A DNA stretch of 64,000 nucleotides from an uncultured Acidobacteriota bacterium (lineage in GTDB: Bacteria; Acidobacteriota; Thermoanaerobaculia; Multivoradales; UBA5704), in the NCBI GenBank assembly GCA_963757335.1, contig CAVWRJ010000013.1:471803-535802 (forward strand), written 5' to 3'. Position 1 is the first letter of the stretch, and each line of letters begins with the position of its first letter. The translations under genes were made by a program, and so were the position numbers. Below are positions 28,601 through 35,631 of this stretch, in pieces. Below the pieces are notes generated by a model. The model saw only the letters and a program-made list of their open reading frames with translations. It was not told the DNA's origin and did not search any database.

Positions 28601-29826
28601 CCCGCGTCAGGGGCGTCGTCGGCGTCGGTGTCCAGATAGGTGTCGGTGTTGTTGCCGGTCGTCGTGTTGCCGCCGTCCGGAATCCAGCCGTCGGGGGAGG
28701 CCGTCGTGTCCTGCGCCGTCGACATGTTGACCGTCGTCCGGGCGATCTCGGGGAACTGGGTGCCCGAGCCGGGAGTGACGTTGGTCGGCGAGTGCGGCGC
28801 CGGGCTCTCGGCCGGGGTCTTGCCGTCCCCCTGCACGTAGACGCTGAAGCGCGCCTCCTCGGTCGAGGCGTAGCTCCGCATGTTTTTCCGCCAGAGGAGG
28901 ACGCCGCTGCCGGCGTCGACCAGGGTGTTCCAGTCGCCGGGGCCCTTGGCGAAGGTGATCTGCTGCCAGGCCGGCACGAGAACGCCGGGGCCCAAGGGGA
29001 AGTAGACGAGGTGGCTCGCGACGCTCCCCTTGATCTGCGGATCGCCGGCGACGACGTCCACCCGCGACCCGTCGGGAGTGGCGTTCTTGAGGCTCATCTT
29101 CGCCGGGTCGAGGCTGATCCCCACCGACTTCATGGCGATCGCCAGGGCCTGCTGGGCGGTGACCTGGGGCGAGACCGCGAGGGCGTTGACCGGCGCGTCG
29201 GGAGCGAGGAGGCCGACGACGCGGAAGATCCGGCCGTTCCTGTCCAGGGTCACCCGGGTGTCGCTCTGGAAGACCGGCAGACCGTTCGCCGTCTGCTCGA
29301 AGCGCACCATCCTGAGGCCGCTCTTCCTATCGACGCTCTCACCTTTCCAGTGGAGGTTTGTGAGGTCGACCGCGGACAGGCCGTAGAGGCCCTCGTTGGC
29401 GCGCAGGAAGTCGAGGACGATGTCCTTGCCCGCCTTGCCGGGGGCGGCACCGGTCAGGGCGCCCTGGTGGTTGCGGACGATTTCCGGCGCGCCGAAGAGG
29501 GGCGAGAAGCGCACCTCGGCGCCGGGGGAGGCGGCCTTGAGCCGCGCGGCCCCCTGCTGGACGGCCTGGATCTGAGTCGTGGCCCGCGCCCCGGTGACCC
29601 GGGTGTCGATCCGGTTGCCGGAGAGGACCCGCACCAGGTCGCGCCGGCTGTTGACCCGCACGTCGAGGTTGCCGACGGCTCCCGCCACCCCCGGTTTCTC
29701 GGTGGGATGGGGCGGCGCCACGACGGCTCCGGCCGGCCATGCCGGGAGAAGGGCGAACGTCAGGAGAGCGGAGAGGATGAAGGTAGATGGGCGGCGAGAC
29801 AGGCGGGTGACCCGGGTTGATCCCAT
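25612..29826 (-). CDS. M36 (fungalysin)-family metallopeptidase precursor: signal peptide, FTP propeptide, M36 catalytic domain (HELTHG), P-domain-like, two DUF11 repeats, IPTL-CTERM-like C-terminal sorting tail
   Basis: ATG 29824-29826 with GAGGAG RBS (a longer GTG-initiated ORF to 29874 is less likely); VVLHELTHGTSNRL zinc motif; DLQHTFTGDLVVGLKAPSG (P-domain-like); GSGAQADNPGNEFTD x2 (DUF11); terminal VPTLSPLGFAILALLLAGAGFALLRRKR. Confidence 0.8.
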   Translation of the reverse strand: MGSTRVTRLSRRPSTFILSALLTFALLPAWPAGAVVAPPHPTEKPGVAGAVGNLDVRVNSRRDLVRVLSGNRIDTRVTGARATTQIQAVQQGAARLKAASPGAEVRFSPLFGAPEIVRNHQGALTGAAPGKAGKDIVLDFLRANEGLYGLSAVDLTNLHWKGESVDRKSGLRMVRFEQTANGLPVFQSDTRVTLDRNGRIFRVVGLLAPDAPVNALAVSPQVTAQQALAIAMKSVGISLDPAKMSLKNATPDGSRVDVVAGDPQIKGSVASHLVYFPLGPGVLVPAWQQITFAKGPGDWNTLVDAGSGVLLWRKNMRSYASTEEARFSVYVQGDGKTPAESPAPHSPTNVTPGSGTQFPEIARTTVNMSTAQDTTASPDGWIPDGGNTTTGNNTDTYLDTDADDAPDAGLLDDNGRPVGNVDANTHQRDFLGTGYAYTPAPMGGNPDAGTPPTDTQAQRGTVTHLFYLTNWYHDRLYSFGFDEAAGNFQTNNFANGGTGGDPVLAECQDGSGTDNSNFSTPPDGTSGRMQMYIFDFPTPNRDGSLDATVVLHELTHGTSNRLIGDGNGLIWDEGGGMGEGWSDFYALSLLNSSNAFPPNAEYVAGAYATYQFLGLTDNYLYGIRRFPYSTDNSVNPLTWADVDDVTINTAGGIAPSPLNVFFAGGGALEVHNVGEIWANTLWEVRSRIIADPAGANGDVPTGNDKMLSIVTDGLKMTPINPSFTDARDALIDADCAANACANEKWIWGGFADRGLGYKAISPLGQDGIVGAGAFLGVGESFSIPYLDVNNLTVDDTLGNNNGAIDPGEPIKLTVDLLNPWHDTAMNVASATATLTTSTPGVTILTGSSVYSAIAAQGVTSGTPFLFLVPTSALCGQSIHFTMTVTSTLGTKSVDFTVRVGNPTGPGTPVTYTRTIPSGLAIPDNDLRGVTDAMTIADDLDVSQLEFRVDDLQHTFTGDLVVGLKAPSGYGTSLIYMRGSFIGDSDGDNFVNTLITANSTNDLNLSGAADAPYTLDWLPAFNSPIWSLFGIPNLGPDPIDQFSYTEGRSSQGVWKVHVADEARFDTGQLNTWSLIVTPTAFTCTAFAATAAVSGTKTVAGSFVAGGAITYTVTLNNTGSGAQADNPGNEFTDALPSTLTLVSATATSGTATANVATNTVTWNGALPAVVGQVTITIHATIKSNTAGQTIANQGQIAFDADGNGTNEATAVTDDPGTAAKNDPTQLTVGPGADVTGTKAVTGSTNEGGTVTYTVVLTNSGNAAQADNPGNEFTDSLPAGLTFVSVTATSGVAAQSAGTVTWNGAIPAGGSVTITIQATINPGTAGTTISNQGTIHFDGDNNGTNEATGLTDNPATVTPVIDPTTFQVTQSVIDVPTLSPLGFAILALLLAGAGFALLRRKRTVLGV

Positions 29827-30100
29827 ACGAAGCTCCTCGAAATGCACAGACAAAGAAGTCACAAATTTTAACACAACTCGCGCCGCGGGGCACCCCTTGA
29901 CCAGGATTTGGTACTGGGTCCGTGGGAATCCGAGGACGGGCGACTGGCTGCGCGGAGGGCCCGAAGGAGACCACCCGCAGGTTCAAAAGGACCCAGTACC
30001 CAGGACCCAGGTCGATTGGAGTCTCACCGGGGGGCGTGATACTTTGCCCGGTCTCGCGGGCCTTCGAACCCCGCTCCCCCTGGATGAAAAGGACGGTTTC

Positions 30101-31570
30101 ATGAGCACAGACATCAACGGCCCGATCCGGGTGCGCTTCGCGCCCTCCCCCACGGGGTTTCTCCACGTCGGCGGCGCGCGGACGGCGATCTACAACGATC
30201 TCCTCCGCCAGCACCTGGGCGGCGCCTTCATCCTGCGCATCGAGGACACCGACCGCGAGCGCTCGGACGAGGCGATGACCCGCCAGATCCAGTCGGCCCT
30301 CGCCTGGATCGGAGTCGAGTGGGACGAGGGGCCGTTCCTGCAGAGCGAGCGGCTGGCGCTCCACCGCGAACGCGCCCAGGAGCTGCTCGACAAGGGGCTC
30401 GCCTACCGCTGCTTCTGCACTCCCGAGGAGCTCGACGCCCAGCGCGCCGAGGCGCAGGCCCGGGGGGTCGCCTTCCGCTACCCCCGCACCTGCCTGAACC
30501 GCTCGGCGGAAGAGGTACAGGGGTTCCTCGCCCAGGGCAAACCGTTCGCCGTCCGCTTCCGCATGCCGGACGAGAACATCCGTTTCCACGACCTGGTGCG
30601 GGGCGACATGGACTTCCCGCCCGACGCCCTGGACGACTTCATCCTCCTGCGTTCGGACGGCTCGCCGACCTACCACATGTCGGTCTGCGTGGACGACATC
30701 GACATGCGGATCACCCACGTCATCCGCGGCGAGGACCATCTGTCGAACACCCCCAAGCACATCCCGCTCTTCCGCGCCCTGGGGGGCGAGGTACCGACCT
30801 TCGCCCATCTCCCCCTCATCCTGGGTCCGGACAAGAAGCGGCTCTCGAAGCGCACCGGGGCCACCTCGGTCGAGGAGTTCCGCGCCGAGGGGGTGCTGCC
30901 GCAGGCGCTCTACAACTTCATGGCCCTCCTGGGCTGGACCCCCGGGGACGACCGCGAGATCCTCTCCCGCCGAGAGATGGCGGAGATCTTCTCGGCCGAC
31001 CGCCTGAACGCCTCGGCGGCGGTCTTCGATCGCGAGAAGCTCCTCTGGATGAACGCGCAGTACCTCTCGCGCCTGGGAGTGGCGGAGATCCTCCCTCACC
31101 TCGCGCCCTTCCTCGCGCCCTTGGGGCTCACCGGCGCCGACCCGGCCCGCCTCGCCGCCGCCATCGAGCTCCAGCGGAGCCGCGCCCATACCTTGAAGGA
31201 GCTCGCCCAAGCCCTTCGCCCCTACTTCGAGGAGCGGCTCGACTACGACCCGGCGCTCGCCGCCAAGTTCTTGAAGGACCCCGCTCTCCCCGGCCACGTC
31301 GCGGCCCTGGCCGAGCGTTACGCCGCCCTCCCGGAGTTCGACAAGGGGGCGCTCGAAGCGGCTCTCCGCACTCTCGCCGAAGAGCGTGGATTGAAGGCCG
31401 GGGTGCTCATCCATCCTACCCGCATGGCCCTCTCCGGAGCCGCGGGAGGCCCGCCGCTCTTCGACCTGGTGGAGGTCATGGGCCGCGACGCGGCGGCAAG
31501 GCACCTGGGGAATTTCGTGGCCTTCCTGAAAGAGCCGCCGGTCGCTGCGGCGCCCACCGCCGAAGGATAA
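30101..31570 (+). CDS. gltX: Glutamate--tRNA ligase
   Basis: AAAAGGA RBS before ATG 30101; HIGH-type motif PSPTGFLHVGGARTA and KLSKR motif; full-length class I GluRS. Confidence 0.9.
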   Translation: MSTDINGPIRVRFAPSPTGFLHVGGARTAIYNDLLRQHLGGAFILRIEDTDRERSDEAMTRQIQSALAWIGVEWDEGPFLQSERLALHRERAQELLDKGLAYRCFCTPEELDAQRAEAQARGVAFRYPRTCLNRSAEEVQGFLAQGKPFAVRFRMPDENIRFHDLVRGDMDFPPDALDDFILLRSDGSPTYHMSVCVDDIDMRITHVIRGEDHLSNTPKHIPLFRALGGEVPTFAHLPLILGPDKKRLSKRTGATSVEEFRAEGVLPQALYNFMALLGWTPGDDREILSRREMAEIFSADRLNASAAVFDREKLLWMNAQYLSRLGVAEILPHLAPFLAPLGLTGADPARLAAAIELQRSRAHTLKELAQALRPYFEERLDYDPALAAKFLKDPALPGHVAALAERYAALPEFDKGALEAALRTLAEERGLKAGVLIHPTRMALSGAAGGPPLFDLVEVMGRDAAARHLGNFVAFLKEPPVAAAPTAEG

Positions 31571-31631
31571 GGGGACTGGGCCCCAGGGTTGACCTCGGCG
31601 CCGGCTTTCCGTTACCCTCCGCTCGTCCTGC

Positions 31632-31705
31632 TGGGAGATCGTCCAATGGTAGGACATGCGGCTCTGGACCGCAGAATCGGGGTTCGAGTCCCTGTCTCCC
31701 AGCCA
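31632..31705 (+). tRNA. tRNA-Gln (anticodon CTG)
   Basis: Hand-folded cloverleaf: 7-bp acceptor TGGGAGA/TCTCCCA, D-stem GTCC/GGAC, anticodon stem TGCGG/CCGCA with loop CTCTGGA (CUG), T-stem CGGGG/CCCTG, discriminator G + encoded CCA. Confidence 0.85.
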
Positions 31706-31747
31706 ATCCCTCTCCTCCAATCGCTCCTGCTCTCCACCCCCTCAAGA

Positions 31748-31945
31748 TTGCCTGGCGGAAGCCAGGCATCGTATAATCGCATTTTGCACTACAAAAGGAG
31801 AGCAATTGAAGAAGCCACTTAAAAAAAGCGGAAGCTGGTCCTGTCGAAGGAAACCGTGCAGGCGCTGGACCTCGGACTTGTGCAGGGCGGCGTCAAAACG
31901 GATTCTTGCTACCTGAGCGCGGCAAATTGCCCCATTTTTTGATGC
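31748..31945 (+). other. Promoter-like TTGCCT-N18-TATAAT + AAAAGGAGAG RBS + TTG-initiated 36-codon basic Cys peptide ORF (31806..31916) + T-run; candidate small gene or sRNA
   Basis: Read directly in an AT-richer gene-free stretch after tRNA-Gln; peptide LKKPLKKSGSWSCRRKPCRRWTSDLCRAASKRILAT; 8-bp hairpin with GGAA loop at 31749-31768; GGCA/TGCC stem + TTTTTT at 31920-31940. Confidence 0.25.
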
Positions 31946-32080
31946 CCGGCAGCGATTAGCTGCCGAGAGCCCTCCGGTCCCCTGAGACCGGAGGGCTGCC
32001 CAGCTCCTGAAGCTCTACGGTATCCCGCCCATCCGAGGAGAACCGACGAGCCCGAACGGGAGCAGAAACTTAAAAGCCGA

Positions 32081-32500
32081 GCCAAAACGCCCTAAGCTCC
32101 AGTAAATCCCCCCTTAACTCCAGTTAAGCTCCGAAAAACTCGAATTGCGCCTCCGTAAACTGAAATAGGAAGCCCCTAAACTGGAGTTGGACCGGCCTAA
32201 ACTGAAATACGGAGCGCCTAACCTCTCTTTGTACCGCCCTAAACTGAAATACGGAGCACCAAAACTCTCGTTGCTCCTGCCTAAACTGAATTGCGGAGCA
32301 CCCAAACTCAGTTATCGGCGTTTCGCGGGAGCTTAGGGAGGTTTCGGCCGAGCTCGGAGACCTTAAGGCGGAGGTTATCGAGGTCCGGAACTCGCTTGGA
32401 GACCCCCGTCGTCACGTTGGGGACGCCGCGGAGGCCCTCAGGGACCCTCCTGGCGCGGTTGGAGACGGTCCCGCCGGCTTTATCGGGCAGGAGCCTCAGG
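32081..32500. repeat. Degenerate tandem array with 21-bp period (~20 units); early units CCTAAACTGAAATACGGAGCN, later units with GGAGACC core
   Basis: Segmentation into 21-mers by eye keeps CCTAAACT / GGAGC(N) in register across ~420 bp; stops in most frames; lower GC than flanks. Confidence 0.6.
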
Positions 32501-32825
32501 TTCTAGGGTGCTTTGAGACCAGGAAGCGCCCGCGCGAGCGCCTCACCCAGGGCAGGCGCCTGTAGCCCCTCAGGGCCGTATGACTTCAACATGGGCAAGA
32601 GTCGGGCCGGGCGGCACTACCCGCCGATCGAGCGTCCAACGCGGCGCTGGTCGCCGCTCAAGTCGAGCCAATCCCCCGCCGTGGGAGCCCCTCCACAGGC
32701 GATGAGAGGGAGTCATGGCAGCGGCGCTTTGTGGTAGCCTCCGGCCTCTCGCCAACCTCGTAGTCGAGACGGACTCCCGTGAGACGGACTCCCCCTGGGA
32801 AGCCAGCGCCAGTGAGCATGAAACC

Positions 32826-35525
32826 ATGACCCCCGTCCTCGGCGGCCGGCGCGAGCTGCGGGCGAGCCTGCTCATCGGGCTCTGCTGTCTGCTGGTCTAC
32901 AACGCCAACGGGCGGGCGATCAGCCCCGGCGACGCCTTTCCGGCGCGCTACCTGCCGTTCGCGATCTGGCGGTACCACAGCCTCCTTCTCGATCCCATCG
33001 CGACGCTCGCCGCCCAGGGGCGAGCCGATCGGGCGTACTGGATGGTGCGGGTGCCCGGCGGCCACATCATCTCGCTGTACCCCGTGGTGCTGCCGGTGCT
33101 CGTCGCGCCGCTCTACCTCCCCGCGATCGGTTACCTGCAGCTGCGGGGTTGGACGGATGGGCGGCTGGACCACCTAGCGAGGGTCATGGAGAAGCTCTCC
33201 GCCTCGCTCGTGGCGGCGCTTTCCGCGTCGCTCCTCTACCTGCTGCTGCGGCGCCGGGCGGAGGCGCCGATCGCACTGCTCCTCACCCTGGCTTATGCCT
33301 TCGGCACCACCACCTGGGTGATCGGCAGCCAGGCTCTGTGGCAGCACGGGATGGCGGAGTTGCTGGTGATCGGCGCCCTGCTGCTCCTCACCGCGCCGTG
33401 CACCGCGCCGCGGGCTCTGGCGGCGGGGTTGCTGTGCGGGCTCATCGCCTGCAACCGCCCGCCGGATGCTGTTCTCGCGGCGGCGCTGGGCGCTTACGGA
33501 CTCTTCTGGGCCGGCCGCCGGGCGGCGCTGCTCGCCGCGGCGGCGGTGCTGCCGGCGGCCCTGGTGCTGCTCTACAACCTCGGCGTGGCCGACCACTTCG
33601 CCGGCGGTTACGGGCGGCTTGGCAGGGCCAGCTTCTTCCAGCACGACCTGCTTTCCGGCCTCGGCGGATTGCTGTTCAGCCCGACGCGGGGGCTGTTCGT
33701 CTTCTCACCCTTCCTGCTCTTCCTCGTCCTTTCCTTCCGGCACCTGCCGAGCGACCGTGGCGACCGTGGCGAGCGCGGTCTCAGCCTGGCGATCAGCGCC
33801 GGCGTCGCCCTCCAGCTCCTGCTCTACGCCTTGACCGACTGGCGGGCCGGCATCTCCTGGGGGCCGCGCTTCCTGACCGACCTCCTGCCGCTCCTCCTGT
33901 GGATGCTGGTGCCGGTGGTCGCCGCACTGCGCGGCTTCGGCCGGGTGTGCTTCCTGCTTGCGGTCGGCGCGGCGGTCGCCATCCAAGCCATCGGCGCCTT
34001 CTGGTACACCGGCGCGACCGACAGCGCGATTTTCGCCGTGGCCAGCGGGCCCCACCAGATGCGGGCCGCGTGGGACTGGCGAAACGCACCGTTCGTCGCT
34101 TCCTTGAAGCATGGCCTCGCGCCGGCGGAGCTCTCGACCGAGATGCGCGGCAATATCGACGCCATCGACGCGATCGACGCGATTGACGCCAGCGGCGCCG
34201 GCAGGCGCGCGACCTCCGCCGTCAACGCCGGCCAGGAGGTCGTCGCTGCCGGCTGGGCGCTGGCCGGCCACGCCACGCCCTGGCAGGTGGCCGTCGTCGT
34301 CGACGGCCGGCAGATCGTCACCTCCCGCACCTTCTTCGACCGGCCCGATGTCCGCGGTACGCTCCACGAGGCGAGCCCCGCCGGCTGGCGCATCCCGCTC
34401 GGCACGGCCGGCCTCGCTCCCGGCGAGCACTATCTGGCCGCCCACGCCTGGGCCTCCGAGAACGGCGAGGGGTATTACCTGGCGGATCGCAAGCTGACCG
34501 TGCGGCCGGCACCGGCGACAGGAGGAGCGGAGCGGGCCGCCGACGAGGACTGGAACGACGGCATCAAGACGGCAGCGGCGCGGCTTCGGGCGCACCAGCA
34601 GGGGCCGGGGTACTGGCTCACTGCCTACACGAGAGCGGCGCGCTTTGCGGAGCCGCACCAGGAGATGAACACCTTCCTCACCGCCTTGCTGCTCGACCTG
34701 CTCGATCCGCTGGCAGCCACCGGCGGTCTCGGCGACAGCTTGGAGCGCGCCCGCCAGCACCTCACCGGCCAGATCGAGGCCAGCGGGCTGGTGCGCTACC
34801 ACGGCCTCCCAGACGCTCCCGGCATCGGCACCCTGGGGTGCGCGATCACCCCGGATGCCGACGACACGGCGCTCGCCTGGCGGCTCGCTCCCGGCCACGA
34901 CCGCCGTCGGCGGTTGCCGGCCGCCCTGGCGGTCCTCGACCGATATCGCACCCGCGAGGGCCTCTACCGCACCTGGCTGGCGCCACGGGAGGCCTACCAG
35001 TGCATCGACCCGGGGAGCGATCCGGACCCTGCCGACATCGGCATCCAGATGCACGTGCTGCTGCTGCTGGCCAAGGTGGAGCCGCCGGCCGGCCGGGCGC
35101 TCTGCGCAGCTCTCCGCCCAGTGGTCGACGAGGATCGGGTCTGGGTCTACTATCGTAGGGCGCCGCTGGTCCCGCTCCTGCGCCTAAGCGACCTCGAGCG
35201 CGCCGGCTGCGCGCTCAAGCTGCCCGAGTCGCGGCTGCGGACGCCGGTGCCAGGCCAGGAGATCTGGGTGTCCCTCGTCCGGCTCCTGGGGCGTGCGCGG
35301 ACCCCCGGAGGCCCACCGCCCGACGCGGCAGAGCTCCAGGCGGTGCTGCGGCAGCTCGCCCGAGAGGACTTTGCCCTTCTGCGAAAGAATCCACCGCTCC
35401 TCTACCACAACGATCTCACCGCGACGACCCCGAGATACTACTGGTCGGAGGACGTCGGCTACGCGCTCTGGCTAAGGCTCGCTTACGAACATGCGCACCT
35501 CCGGCACCCCCATCCGAACGGCTAA
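32826..35525 (+). CDS. Large membrane protein: N-terminal GT-C-like (PMT_2/ArnT-like) multi-TM domain, beta-sandwich region, C-terminal alpha/alpha-toroid (six-hairpin / terpenoid-cyclase-like) domain
   Basis: Start moved to ATG 32826 (MTPVLGGRRELRASLLIGL...); ~11 TM helices in first 420 aa; C-terminal QQGPGYW (QxxxGxW-like) and DADDTA motifs; in-frame (IDA)4 9-bp microsatellite. Confidence 0.65.
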   Translation: MTPVLGGRRELRASLLIGLCCLLVYNANGRAISPGDAFPARYLPFAIWRYHSLLLDPIATLAAQGRADRAYWMVRVPGGHIISLYPVVLPVLVAPLYLPAIGYLQLRGWTDGRLDHLARVMEKLSASLVAALSASLLYLLLRRRAEAPIALLLTLAYAFGTTTWVIGSQALWQHGMAELLVIGALLLLTAPCTAPRALAAGLLCGLIACNRPPDAVLAAALGAYGLFWAGRRAALLAAAAVLPAALVLLYNLGVADHFAGGYGRLGRASFFQHDLLSGLGGLLFSPTRGLFVFSPFLLFLVLSFRHLPSDRGDRGERGLSLAISAGVALQLLLYALTDWRAGISWGPRFLTDLLPLLLWMLVPVVAALRGFGRVCFLLAVGAAVAIQAIGAFWYTGATDSAIFAVASGPHQMRAAWDWRNAPFVASLKHGLAPAELSTEMRGNIDAIDAIDAIDASGAGRRATSAVNAGQEVVAAGWALAGHATPWQVAVVVDGRQIVTSRTFFDRPDVRGTLHEASPAGWRIPLGTAGLAPGEHYLAAHAWASENGEGYYLADRKLTVRPAPATGGAERAADEDWNDGIKTAAARLRAHQQGPGYWLTAYTRAARFAEPHQEMNTFLTALLLDLLDPLAATGGLGDSLERARQHLTGQIEASGLVRYHGLPDAPGIGTLGCAITPDADDTALAWRLAPGHDRRRRLPAALAVLDRYRTREGLYRTWLAPREAYQCIDPGSDPDPADIGIQMHVLLLLAKVEPPAGRALCAALRPVVDEDRVWVYYRRAPLVPLLRLSDLERAGCALKLPESRLRTPVPGQEIWVSLVRLLGRARTPGGPPPDAAELQAVLRQLAREDFALLRKNPPLLYHNDLTATTPRYYWSEDVGYALWLRLAYEHAHLRHPHPNG

Positions 35526-35631
35526 AGCTTCCGCGGTGCGGCGCAAGCCGCCAGCGCCGGCGGCGCCACCGGCAAGGCCGGCGAAGCCGGCGCCCGTCCC
35601 CCGGCAGGCGGCGCCCCGATGGGCGCCCGCG

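Noticed and set aside
32081-32500. CRISPR array interpretation of the repeat arrays (also 41574..41888 and 54600..54860)
   Set aside because: The period is 21 bp with no unique spacers (intervening segments are themselves related copies), there is no cas gene nearby, and the repeats are too short for CRISPR.
34851-34871. Calling the GT-C C-terminal domain a bona fide class II terpene cyclase on the basis of DADDTA plus one QW-like motif
   Set aside because: A single (alpha/alpha)6 barrel is shorter than the beta-gamma didomain that class II cyclases need, and six-hairpin glycosidase-like domains are a common GT-C appendage. Reported as a hypothesis, not an annotation.
35491-35631. ATG 35491 as the UbiA start (35-nt overlap with the GT-C gene)
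   Set aside because: It would add a ~47-aa Pro/Ala/Arg-rich leader with no RBS; GTG 35632 places the first TM helix at the distance expected for UbiA enzymes. Kept as an alternative only.
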